Assembly: GCA_050613775.1 (NCBI GenBank) | Contig: JBODTK010000011.1 | Span: 1,240,001 to 1,304,000, forward strand | Reading direction: 5' to 3' | Length of the DNA stretch: 64,000 nucleotides | Source of the DNA: Neocallimastix sp. 'constans' | Lineage: Eukaryota | Part shown: piece after piece, positions 36,667-49,244 of the stretch | Position numbering within the stretch: position 1 is the first letter of the stretch | Layout: every line of letters begins with the position of its first letter | Translations under genes and position numbers: made by a program | The notes under the pieces: model-generated | What the model was told of the DNA's origin: nothing | The model's database searches: none | What the model saw: the letters and a program-made list of their open reading frames with translations, nothing else

Positions 36667-39600
36667 TGTTGCTGTAATCATAATTACTATTAACAATATC
36701 ATTAGTTAGGTTGCCACGGTAGAAAGCATTATATAAAAATAAAATTTTATCATTAACTTTACTACGAATATGATTGAAAAAAAGACAATCAATTAACCAA
36801 TGATTTATCCATTGTTTATTACTTTTACAACAGGGACAAAAATTAGGACACATTTGATCTATTTATTTTATAATCGTTATTACCTCTTTTCTCTAGTTTA
36901 CGTTTAAGAGTTCTACTTTCTTTTGTCCATGTATATTTTCTAGATTTTGGAATATTATTAACTAAATAGGAAATAATACAATTTGAATCTTTCCACTTAT
37001 CAAAACATTTTACTTGAGACAAAGCACACTTAGCTGACAATGGAGGAATATTTAAATCTTTTGAAATAGAATATACATTAATAAATGATTTGGCTTTTTG
37101 TATACCTGCAATCCATCTTAATCCTTTATTAATTAGTTTTCTGAGTATTATTTGTTCTAGCTTTATTTGAACCAAGTAAAGGTGCAAAGTAAGAGACTTT
37201 ACTAAGTACATAAGAGTTAATTATAATCTTCTTAAATGGAATAGGAATTTTGGAATTTGAAAGAAATTTACTAACAGAAAAGAGAACTTTAGTAACTTTA
37301 GAGTTAAGTAATTTAATAATAGGGTTCAACGATAAGCTTTTATCAAATGGTATACCTAAATAGGTATAACATTTAGTTATTGGGATTGGTTGACCAGCAA
37401 GATAAAAAGTAGGATCTCTTTTATTTTGAAAAAGAGGTGTGTCTGGTCGAATCACCATCGTTGCACACTTGTTAATTCCAAAATTCATCATATTAAATTT
37501 AGCTCATTCATTTACCTTCTTAAGCATTTTTTTTAACTTAGTTCTTGATGGTGCGCATAGAACAATATCATCTGCAAAGAATCCACCACAACATCTAGAT
37601 TCTCCTAAAGGAATTCCAAGTTCTGAAACATCATTAAAAATGTCATTAATAAAAAGATTGAAAAGAATTGGTGATAGTGGACAACCTTGTCTAACTCCTT
37701 TCATAATATTAAAAGATTCCGAATATTGATCATCAATTTTAACACTGGCTTTGGAAGTCAAATATAGATTTTTAATAAATTGATAACATTTACCTCTAAT
37801 GCCTAAAGCATCTAATTTATATAAAATATTACCTATTGGAACAGAATCATATGCCTTTTTTAAATCTAGAAAAGCTAGGTAAGTTTCTTTATTATCATTT
37901 TTTCGCCTTTGACAAATTTTTCGAATTGAAATAAATAAACTAACACATTCTTCTTTAATACGAAATCCAAATTGCTCTGGCCTAATAAAATTATTTTTAA
38001 GTCCATATTCCGAAATTCTTTTGGAGACTATTTTCGAAATGTGTTTTATACCATTATTAATCAGAGAGATACCTCAATAATTGTCACAATCAGATAGATC
38101 ATCTCCTTTTTTAGGAATAGATATAATACTTGCTTCATTCCAAGAGCTAGGAAATTCTCCATTCCAAATTCTTGAGTATATCTTCTGTAAACAATTTAAA
38201 CCAGAAGAAGAATTATTTACTGAATTTTCGTCATTAGGAGGAATTAAAGCTTTATAAAATTCAATAGGAATTCCATCTGGGCCTGAAGCTTTATAATTTG
38301 AAGTAGCTAAAATTGCTTCTCTAATTTCTTCTATACTGATATCTTGATTTATATCCCATTCATTGTGTCTCGTATACCTAATTGTACCATTGGAAAATAT
38401 TTATTAAACCATTCGATTAATGCACTATTGATATCAGAATGGCTTGAAGCAAGTTTTTTATAGTGATTGTGCCATACTTCTAACTGTTCTTTAGTAGAAG
38501 TAGCTAGTTTACCATTTTTGTCCTTTACTGGAGAATTTGACATATTTTTACATTTATCTACTTTTGCTGTTGTTTTAAGCCATTTCCAAGCTTTTTTAGG
38601 GTTATGAGATTTCATATATTCACATCCTGTATTGATCCAATGTTGGTATTCAGTTTTCCTATAAATATTACACATATGATGAATAATTTTGCACATTCTA
38701 TTATATTTTTCAATTAATTCTTCAAATTCATCTAAATTATGATAAGAACCTCTTCTTTTAATGGTTTTATATAATTTCATTTTGAGTTTTTGCAAATTAA
38801 ATATATTCTGCGACATATGAAAAAAAGATTTTCGAACTTCTGAAATTGACGTGATATTAAGTTCCTTAGCAATATTGAATGAAGTTGAAATAAATTTCTT
38901 AGAAATATCATCAATACTAATATTAGGATCTGGAATCACTTCCTCTAATACACTAAAATAGTTGTTGTCAAAAATTGATTCTTTTTCATTTATACATTTT
39001 AATTTATCCCATTTAACTGTCTTTTTAGGCAGAGAGAAAGAATTATCTGAATTAACTGATGAAAAACATTTACCTTTTATTAATAAAGGTTTATGATCCG
39101 AAATGGGGGGAAAGTCAATAAAAGTACCATATGAAAGTAAATCTAACATATGATCATTGACAATCGCATGATCTATATCAGATTCTCTATTACCTCTACT
39201 CCATGAAATTGGGGAGCCCCATAAGGGAAGAATTTTCCAATTACTAAATTTAGAGAGTAAATTACCTAATTTCTCAGTAGGTAAATTAAAATCACCAACC
39301 AACATTGAAGGATGAGAAGAGTGACTATTTAACCACGACAATATTTCAATTCTAGTAGCTCTAGCATGAAGGCTATGGCCACTATGAGGTACGTACACAT
39401 TACCAATAGAACATTTAGTGAAATTCCAAAAATTATAAGTATACAAGGAAATAATATACTCATAAGTGTTGTTTTCAAGAGAGGCTTGACAATAATTATG
39501 AAAACCTATATAAAGTCCTCTTTTACTGGGAATTTCATTATTAGCTTTTTTGAAGAAATGTTTATAATTTTTTAATGAAACTCGACAAGGATATTTACTG

Positions 39601-41164
39601 CTAGAACCTGAACCATTTCCTGTTTCTTGAAAGCAATAAGAAAAGTGGTTTGTACATTGAAATAAAGAATTCAACACTGTCTTTTTTATCAAAGTTCCAT
39701 CCATTAGTATTCCAACTGACACATAGAGAAAATTCTTTAACTGTATTATTATTAATATGAGTGTTATTAATATTATTAGAATTATTATAATTGAATGAAC
39801 TGGAATTTAAATTTGAATCTGAACTTGAAACAAAATTTAAACAAAAATTTGAAATTGAACTTGAACTTGAACTTGAACTTGTACTTGAATTTGAACTTAT
39901 ACTTGTACTTGAACTTATACTTGAACTTTAATTTGAACTTGAACTTGAACTTGAACTTGAACTTGAACCTGTACCTGAACTTGTACTTGAACTTGAACTT
40001 GAGCTTGTACTTGAACTTGTACTTGAACTTGAACATGAATCTGTATTTGAACTTAAATTTGAATTTTGACTTGAATTTGCATTTTAATTTGAAAGTAGTG
40101 AATAAGTTGATATTATATGATGAATTCACATTTTCTGATAAGGCAAAATGTTTCCTTTTGAGAGAAGAAAAACTGTATTTATGATTCCTTTTGCAACAAT
40201 TAATAACATTAATTGAAGCACGTTTGAAACTACTAACAATACAATCAGTAATAGATGTTATTTCTTCTTCATTACCTACTATTTTAATTTTAAAGAATGC
40301 ATCATTAAAATTAGCAATACGTTTAACTGATAAAACCTTATTATTTAATTCATTCAGAGTTTTCGTTAAATGTCTTCTTATTTTGATTTCTGGCCAAGAT
40401 CGAAGTCCGCGGATAAAGAGTAGTTTCGTATTCTCTATTGGTATACCGTGGCACCTTGAACCTCTTAGAATGAAATTCTTATTTCTTATATATTGGATTT
40501 CCATAATAGTAATAAAAAACTAAAAATTAATAAACTAAAAAAAATAAAAAAAAGTCAATTTTTATTATAAAGTCTTGAGTATAATGAGAATTGTAATAAT
40601 TTTATATCTTTTTGGAGTAAATAATTTCGATAATTAGTAGTTTGTTGAACGATTGAAAAATAATTTGATCTAGCACTTTTTTCAGTATATTATTTAATTT
40701 GAATATCATAAAGTATTTAATGACTAAGATTGAATTGATGAAATAAAATGGCACAAAATTAGTAAAGAGTTAAATAAATTACTACAAGATTTAGAGTGAA
40801 TCAATCTCTTACAACGTGATACATGAAATATATAGTTGAAATACAATTGAATACAATAGATTCTTACATGAGAATAGTAATACTACATGAAAATAGAAAT
40901 ACAATGAAAATGTATTACTTATTCTTGGGTGTAACTTATTTAACAATGTTCCAAAAATGCACCATTATATTCCGCAGTGAATGTTCACCAGAAAATTTTA
41001 CTTACCAATAACATTACCATTGCGCATAATGTTATTAATTAACACAAAATATAACTTTACTACTATTATGCACCAGTACTGTGGATCTACTTTATAAGAA
41101 TAAAGTTAATTCCCCTTGCAGGAGATTTAAATACATAAATCGAGTACACCCCTGCTCGGGGACA

Positions 41165-41165
<1 letters not shown>
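35922..41165 (-). mobile_element. Near full-length non-LTR retrotransposon (APE-RT LINE), decayed (copy 1)
   Basis: Poly(A) tail at 35922-35932; APE motifs (SWNTNG, CFQET, GDFN, IDH, SDH); RT motifs (GVRQGCPLSP, FADD); C-terminal CPCC..H..C; frameshifts and a ~200-bp deletion near 36855; 5' end approximate. Confidence 0.92.
39855..40035. repeat. (TTGAAC)n-type hexamer repeat, Ser-rich linker in the LINE ORF
   Basis: Reads AGT TCA (Ser-Ser) repeats on the minus strand. Confidence 0.8.
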
Positions 41166-41220
<55 letters not shown>

Positions 41221-41221
41221 A

Positions 41222-41259
<38 letters not shown>

Positions 41260-41310
41260 TATTATACTTTCTTTAAAAAAAAGAATTAAAAAACAAAATA
41301 TTACTATCTT

Positions 41311-41392
41311 CGTCACCTGCAGGACTCGAACCTGCGCTCCCAAAGGGAAATGGCTTAGCAGGCCACCGCGTTAACCACTCCGCCAAAGTGAC
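41311..41392 (-). tRNA. tRNA-Ser(GCT)
   Basis: GTCACTT-TGGCGGAGTGGTTAACGC-GGTGGC CT GCT AA GCCAT-long variable arm-GCAGGTTCGAGTCCTGC-AGGTGACG; 82 nt, no intron, downstream T-runs. Confidence 0.97.
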
Positions 41393-42787
41393 TACTATTT
41401 TGGTTTCTTGATAAATAACAAAATTATTAAATTAAAATAAATAATAAAAAAACAAATTCTTGATAAAGTTTTCTAACTTAACCCAAAAATTAATCCATTC
41501 TAAAAAAAAATTAAATCCATATTTAAGAAAAATTAATTAAATAAAGATAATTAAAATAAAATAATAATAAATTAATTAATCATTAATAATTTTAATTAAA
41601 AACTAAAATAAATTAATAAATAATATTTTTCTAAAACAACAAATAAACAAAATAATAAACATATTTAATAAATTATAAACAACAAATAAACAAACTTATA
41701 AACAACGCAAAATTAAAATTAAATAGTTAAATAATTTTTTAAGTTACTTTTATTTAAAATAATGATTATTTTATTTATTTTATAACTCAACTTTTATAAA
41801 CAAATTGTAATTAAAATAACATTTTAAAACTCATCTTTATCAACATTTTAATTGTAAATATTGTTTAATTTAATAATAAATTATTCTTTATTTCTCTTTT
41901 ATTAATTTTATTATTTTTAATGTAAATAGTTTAAAATCAAAGAAAAATATAAAAACATGTAAATATTTCTTACAAATTATTCTTTATTATTAATTAGTTA
42001 ATAAATTATTATAAATATTTTATTAGTTTTAATAATCAAAAAGTATGATTATTAATTATTTAATAAATTATTATAGATATTTTATTAGTTTTTAATAATC
42101 AATTTTTTATGATTATTAATTATTTTGATAAATTATTATATATTTTATTAGTTATTAATAATCAATTTTATTATTAAAATTTAAAATAAATTAGTATAAA
42201 TAATAAATATTTCATTTTATTATTTTATTAGTTTTAACAATTATTTTATTAATTTAAACAAAATTAATTATTAAATAAATAAAGATTAATATTAAAATAA
42301 AAATAAATTTTTTTTTAATAAAACATTTTTGTGTTTAATAATAAAACATATTTATTTTTTTTAAATTCCTTAAATCAATTTTTATTCAGTATTTATCCTT
42401 TTATTCACTTCTGCAAAATTTAATTTTTGTAGATTAAGAATATTAGGTATAAATCATTCTAAGAGAAAATTAAATAAATGCATATATTAATAAATAACTA
42501 TTTTATATAAATGCATAAATATTTTTTTTTTTTATTTTTTTTTTTTTTTAACGGCAGCAAACTTGTTTCATCTTTATTAATTAAATATTTGATAAAATAC
42601 ATGTAATAAAATAATAAAAAAAAAAAAAAAGATAAAAAAATAAACAAAAAATAAAACACAAAATAAAAATAAAATAATGGTATAATATATTCTAGTTTCA
42701 TTTAATTAATATTTGTAAGACTTCACAAGGGCATTATTATACTGAAGTATAATAATTAACTTTGACTTCGCAATGTTAATCATAATT

Positions 42788-45499
42788 TTAAGATACAAAA
42801 TTATGATCTTCATTGGTTGCGCTAGCCCTGCTGGCCTGTCTTACTGTTTCTTCAGCATTGACGCTCTTGGTAGTAGTAGTACGATTCGATTTGAACCTAT
42901 TGAACAAAGACCATTGCTGGCCAATAGCAATAGGTATAATCGATTGGAGAAGTGCCGCAGTAACCACTAAGAACGGAGTATCAGAATAAGCACCTGATTT
43001 CATCTGGCACTTAAATAGATCCTCCCATTCCATTGTACTGTTATTAATACTTCGACCTCCAAGAAGGAAATTAAACACTTTTTCACACACACTAGAATCA
43101 ATATACACATTATTTTCAATACTATTACTAACATTACTAAAAACACTATTACTAATATTATTATTACTATTATAACTATTACTATTATTACTATTACTAT
43201 TATCATTATTACTATTAACAATATCATTTGTTAGGTTGCCACGGTAAAAAGCATTATATAAAAATAAAATTTTATCATTAACTTTACTACGAGTATGATT
43301 GAAAAAGGAACAATCAATTAACCAATGACTTATCCATTGTTTATTACTTTTACAACAGGGACAAAAATTAGGACACATTTGGTCCACTATTTTTGCAGCT
43401 TTAGCAATTCTAGCATCTAATCTATATCCGCTTCGTGCTCTCAATAGCCAATAGAAACCATATGAAAGATCAGGATAGTCATAACAAAGTTTTATAAATT
43501 TTGATGTTTCTTCGAATTTGTTTTTGTCATAAAACTCAGCTTTAATAGAATTGATTTTCATATCTCTTTTCCAATAAAAATCCTTGATTTTATTATCGTT
43601 ATTACCTCTTTTCTCTAGTTTACGTTTAAGAGTTCTACTTTCTTTTGTCCATGTATATTTTCTAGATTTTGGAATATTATTAACTAAATAGGAAATAATA
43701 CAATTTGAATTTTTCCATTTATCAAAACATTTTACTTGAGACAAAGCACACTTAGCTGACAATGGAGGAATATGTAAATCTTTTGAAATAGAATATACAT
43801 TAATAAATGATTTGGCTTTTTGTATACCTGCAATCCATCTTAATCCTTTATTAATTAATTTCTGAGTATTATTTGTTCTCGTTTTATTCGAACCAAGTAA
43901 AGGTGCAAAGTAAGAGACTTTACTAAGTACATAAGAGTTAATTATAATCTTCTTAAATGGAATAGGAATTTTGGAATTTGAAAGAAATTTACTAACAGAA
44001 AAGAGAGCTTTAGTTACTTTAGAGTTAAGTAATTTAATAATAGGTTTCAACGATAAGCTTTTATCAAATGGTATACCTAAATAGGTATAACATTTAGTTA
44101 TTGGGATTGGTTGACCAGCAAGATAAAAAGTAGGATCTCTTTTATTTTGAAAAAGAGGTGTGTCTGGTCGAATCACCATCGTTGCACACTTATTAATTCC
44201 AAAATTCATCATATTAAATTTAGCCCATTCATTTACCTTCTTAAGCATTTTTTTCAACTTAGTTCTTGACGGTGCGCATAGAACAATATCATCTGCAAAG
44301 AGTCCACCACAACATCTAGATTCGCCTAAAGGAATTCCAAGTTCTGAAACATCATTAAAAATGTCATTAATAAAAAGATTGAAAAGAATTGGTGATAGTG
44401 GACAACCTTGTCTAACTCCTTTCATAATATTAAAAGATTCCGAATATTGATCATCAATTTTAACACTGGCTTTGGATGTCAAATATAGATTTTTTATAAA
44501 TTGATAACATTTACCTCTAATACCTAAAGCATCTAATTTATTTAAAATATTACCTATTGGAACAGAATCATATGCCTTTTTTAAATCTAGAAAAGCTAGG
44601 TAAGTTTCTTTATTATCATTTTTACGCCTTTGACAAATTTCTCGAATTGAAATAAATAAACTAACACATTCTTCTTTAGTACGAAATCCAAATTGCTCTG
44701 GCCTAATAAAATTATTTTTAAGTCCATATTCTGAAATTCTTTTGGAGACTATTTTCGAAATGAGTTTAATACCATTGTTAATCAGAGAGATACCTCGATA
44801 ATTGTCACAATCAGATAGATCATCTCCTTTTTTAGGAATAGATATAATACTTGCTTCATTCCATGAGCTAGGAAATTCTCCATTCCAAATTCTTGAGTAT
44901 ATCTTCTGTAAACAATTTAAACCAGAAGAAGAATTATTTACTGAATTTTCGTCATCCGGAGGAATTAAAGCTTTATAAAATTCAATAGGAATTCCATCCG
45001 GGCCTGAAGCTTTAAAATTTGGAGTAGCCAAAATTGCTTCTCTAATTTCTTCTATACTGATGTCTTGATTTATATCCCATTCATTGTGTCTCGTATACCT
45101 AAATGTTCCATTGGAAAATTTATTATACCATTCGATTAATGCACTATTGATATCAGAATGGCTTGAAGCAAGTTTTTTATAGTGATTGTGCCATACTTCT
45201 AACTGTTCTTTAGTAGAAGTAGCTAGTTTACCATTTTTGTCCTTTACTGGAGAATTTGACATATTTTTAAATTTATCTACTTTTGCTGTTGTTTTAAGCC
45301 ATTTCCAAGCTTTTTTAGGGTTATGAGATTTCATATATTCACATCCTGTATTAATCCAATGTTGGTATTCAGTTTTCCTATAAATATTACACATATGATG
45401 AATAATTTTGCACATTCTATTATATTTATCAATTAATTCTTCAAATTCATCTAAATTATGATAAGAACCTCTTCTTTTAATGGATTTATATAATTTCAT
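42788..45499 (-). CDS. LINE RT plus C-terminal zinc finger (903 aa, N-terminally truncated, no endonuclease)
   Basis: KASGPDG, NYRGISL, QFGFR, FLDLKKAYD, GVRQG, FADD, YLG. Confidence 0.85.
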   Translation of the reverse strand: MKLYKSIKRRGSYHNLDEFEELIDKYNRMCKIIHHMCNIYRKTEYQHWINTGCEYMKSHNPKKAWKWLKTTAKVDKFKNMSNSPVKDKNGKLATSTKEQLEVWHNHYKKLASSHSDINSALIEWYNKFSNGTFRYTRHNEWDINQDISIEEIREAILATPNFKASGPDGIPIEFYKALIPPDDENSVNNSSSGLNCLQKIYSRIWNGEFPSSWNEASIISIPKKGDDLSDCDNYRGISLINNGIKLISKIVSKRISEYGLKNNFIRPEQFGFRTKEECVSLFISIREICQRRKNDNKETYLAFLDLKKAYDSVPIGNILNKLDALGIRGKCYQFIKNLYLTSKASVKIDDQYSESFNIMKGVRQGCPLSPILFNLFINDIFNDVSELGIPLGESRCCGGLFADDIVLCAPSRTKLKKMLKKVNEWAKFNMMNFGINKCATMVIRPDTPLFQNKRDPTFYLAGQPIPITKCYTYLGIPFDKSLSLKPIIKLLNSKVTKALFSVSKFLSNSKIPIPFKKIIINSYVLSKVSYFAPLLGSNKTRTNNTQKLINKGLRWIAGIQKAKSFINVYSISKDLHIPPLSAKCALSQVKCFDKWKNSNCIISYLVNNIPKSRKYTWTKESRTLKRKLEKRGNNDNKIKDFYWKRDMKINSIKAEFYDKNKFEETSKFIKLCYDYPDLSYGFYWLLRARSGYRLDARIAKAAKIVDQMCPNFCPCCKSNKQWISHWLIDCSFFNHTRSKVNDKILFLYNAFYRGNLTNDIVNSNNDNSNSNNSNSYNSNNNISNSVFSNVSNSIENNVYIDSSVCEKVFNFLLGGRSINNSTMEWEDLFKCQMKSGAYSDTPFLVVTAALLQSIIPIAIGQQWSLFNRFKSNRTTTTKSVNAEETVRQASRASATNEDHNFVS

Positions 45500-45502
45500 T
45501 TT

Positions 45503-45504
<2 letters not shown>

Positions 45505-45534
<30 letters not shown>

Positions 45535-48097
45535 GGCAGCAAACTTGTTTCATCTTTATTAATTAAATATTTGATAAAATACATGTAATAAAATAATAAA
45601 AAAAAAAAGATAAAAAAATAAACAAAAAATAAAACACAAAATAAAAATAAAATAATGGTATAATATATTCTAGTTTCATTTAATTAATATTTATAAGACT
45701 TCACAAGGGCATTATTATACTGAAGTATAATAATTAACTTTGACTTCGCAATGTTAATCATAATTTTAAGATACAAAATTATGATCTTCATTGGTTGCGC
45801 TAGCCCTGCTGGCCTGTCTTACTGTTTCTTCAGCATTGACGCTCTTGGTAGTAGTAGTACGATTCGATTTGAACCTATTGAACAAAGACCATTGCTGGCC
45901 AATAGCAATAGGTATAATCGATTGGAGAAGTGCCGCAGTAACCACTAAGAACGGAGTATCAGAATAAGCACCTGATTTCATCTGGCACTTAAATAGATCC
46001 TTCCATTCCCTTGTACTGTTATTAATACTTCGACCTCCAAGAAGGAAATTAAACACTTTTTCACACACACTAGAATCAATATACACATTATTTTCAATAC
46101 TATTACTAACATTACTAAAAATACTATTACTAATATTATTATTACTATTATAACTATTACTATTATTACTATTACTATTATCATTATTACTATTAACAAT
46201 ATCATTTGTTAGGTTGCCACGGTAAAAAGCATTATATAAAAATAAAATTTTATCATTAACTTTACTACGAGTATGATTGAAAAAGGGACAATCAATTAAC
46301 CAATGACTTATCCATTGTTTATTACTTTTACAACAGGGACAAAAATTAGGACACATTTGGTCCACTATTTTTGCAGCTTTAGCAATTCTAGCATCTAATC
46401 TATATCCGCTTCGTGCTCTCAATAGCCAATAGAAACCATATGAAAGATCAGGATAGTCATAACAAAGTTTTATAAATTTTGATGTTTCTTCGAATTTGTT
46501 TTTGTCATAAAACTCAGCTTTAATAGAATTGATTTTCATATCTCTTTTCCAATAAAAATCCTTGATTTTATTATCGTTATTACCTCTTTTCTCTAGTTTA
46601 CGTTTAAGAGTTCTACTTTCTTTTGTCCATGTATATTTTCTAGATTTTGGAATATTATTAACTAAAAAGGAAATAATACAATTTGAATTTTTCCATTTAT
46701 CAAAACATTTGACCTGAGACAAAGCACACTTAGCTGACAATGGAGGAATATGTAAATCTTTTGAAATAGAATATACATTAATAAATGATTTGGCTTTTTG
46801 TATACCTGCAATCCATCTTAATCCTTTATTAATTAATTTCTGAGTATTATTTGTTCTCGTTTTATTTGAACCAAGTAAAGGTGCAAAGTAAGAGACTTTA
46901 CTAAGTACATAAGAGTTAATTATAATCTTCTTAAATGGAATAGGAATTTTGGAATTTGAAAGAAATTTACTAACAGAAAAGAGAGCTTTAGTTACTTTAG
47001 AGTTAAGTAATTTAATAATAGGTTTCAACGATAAGCTTTTATCAAATGGTATACCTAAATAGGTATAACATTTAGTTATTGGGATTGGTTGACCAGCAAG
47101 ATAAAAAGTAGGATCTCTTTTATTTTGAAAAAGAGGTGTGTCTGGTCGAATCACCATCGTTGCACACTTATTAATTCCAAAATTCATCATATTAAATTTA
47201 GCCCATTCATTTACCTTCTTAAGCATTTTTTTCAACTTAGTTCTTGACGGTGCGCATAGAACAATATCATCTGCAAAGAGTCCACCACAACATCTAGATT
47301 CGCCTAAAGGAATTCCAAGTTCTGAAACATCATTAAAAATGTCATTAATAAAAAGATTGAAAAGAATTGGTGATAGTGGACAACCTTGTCTAACTCCTTT
47401 CATAATATTAAAAGATTCCGAATATTGATCATCAATTTTAACACTAGCTTTGGATGTCAAATATAGATTTTTTATAAATTGATAACATTTACCTCTAATA
47501 CCTAAAGCATCTAATTTATATAAAATATTACCTATTGGAACAGAATCATATGCCTTTTTTAAATCTAGAAAAGCTAGGTAAGTTTCTTTATTATCATTTT
47601 TACGCCTTTGACAAATTTCTCGAATTGAAATAAATAAACTAACACATTCTTCTTTAGTACGAAATCCAAATTGCTCTGGCCTAATAAAATTATTTTTAAG
47701 TCCATATTCTGAAATTCTTTGGAGACTATTTTCGAAATGAGTTTAATACCATTGTTAATCAGAGAGATACCTCGATAATTGTCACAATCAGATAGATCAT
47801 CTCCTTTTTTAGGAATAGATATAATACTTGCTTCATTCCATGAGCTAGGAAATTCTCCATTCCAAATTCTTGAGTATATCTTCTGTAAACAATTTAAACC
47901 AGAAGAAGAATTATTTACTGAATTTTCGTCATCCGGAGGAATTAAAGCTTTATAAAATTCAATAGGAATTCCATCCGGGCCTGAAGCTTTAAAATTTGGA
48001 GTAGCCAAAATTGCTTCTCTAATTTCTTCTATACTGATGTCTTGATTTATATCCCATTCATTGTGTCTCGTATACCTAATTGTTCCATTGGAAAATT
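45505..48097 (-). mobile_element. 5'-truncated LINE (copy 3) inserted into copy 2
   Basis: 14-bp TSD TAATTTCATTTTGA (45491-45504 and 48098-48111); long poly(A); ORF pieces 47574-48008 and 45766-47460 separated by a 1-nt frameshift. Confidence 0.95.
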
Positions 48098-49244
48098 TAA
48101 TTTCATTTTGAGTTTTTGCAAATTAAATATTTTCTGCGACATATTATATAAATAATACTTTTTAGATTTTTTTTTTTTTAGATTTACAGAAAACTTTATT
48201 TAATTTATAACAATAATAAAATTAAATGATCTTAACAAAAATAAAATAAATAAAAAAAAAAACATAAAATAAAATAAAATAAATGAAATAAATTATTATA
48301 TATTATAAAATTATAAAAACACATTAGAAGCAATAGCCTCTAACTTTTCTCATTCCTCGTTGATAACACTTTTTAGGTTAAAAACACAAATTTAACATTA
48401 TCATTTAAATTTTTGTTTATATTTTTTTTTTAAAAAAATAATATTTTAAATAAAAATTTATTTAACTTATTAAATATAAATTGATTATAATTATTTTTAC
48501 TTTAAAAATAATATATTTTAAATATATAAAAATTCTATGACTAATTATTTAATCATAAAACGATTATTATCTTTAATTGTATATATTTTTATTTTTTAAA
48601 GAAAAAAAAAATATAGCTATATAAATTTTATTATCTTTATATGTTATATTTTTATTTATAAATATATGTATTACTTATATTTTTATATAATGAAAAACGC
48701 GTTAATTATTATATATTATATATAATTAATAGATATTTTATGACTATATAAATTATAATGTATATTAATAATTAATTATAATAAATAAACAAAAGAAAAA
48801 TATATTAATATAGAAAGGTTTTTTTTTTTTTGGTTTGTTTAACTAAACAATTACATTATTTCATAAACAATGAAATTGCATATATATAAAAAATATATAT
48901 ATATACATTTTTTATTAAAATAATAAAAACCTTTTAGGCTTATTTTTATTATTAAATATTATTACTTAATAAATCTCTTTTTTTTCTTGAATATTAATTA
49001 CTTCTTATTAAAATAAAAAAAAAAAAAAAAGAGTAAAAAGATATTTGTTCTTATATTGTAATGAACAGTTATAATTATTTAATTAATAAACTTCCTTTCT
49101 TTTTTTTCATTTATTTTTCTTCCTATAACAATTTAAACTATATAATAATATTATTATTATATATTAATGTTTTTTTTTTTTTTTTTTTTTGGTTTTGTTT
49201 TTTCAATTACTTATATTGAATTATTTATTAGTCGTCCACTAAAC

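Larger units (their letters stand above)
42522..48145 (-). mobile_element. 5'-truncated LINE (copy 2; 42522-45504 plus 48112-48145), interrupted by copy 3
   Basis: Poly(A), same 3' UTR as copy 1; its sequence resumes at 48112 after the nested copy. Confidence 0.93.

Noticed and set aside
39785..40184. FKFKFK and NLNLNL repeat proteins
   Set aside because: Off-frame and antisense readings of a hexamer repeat whose likely sense reading is Ser-rich.
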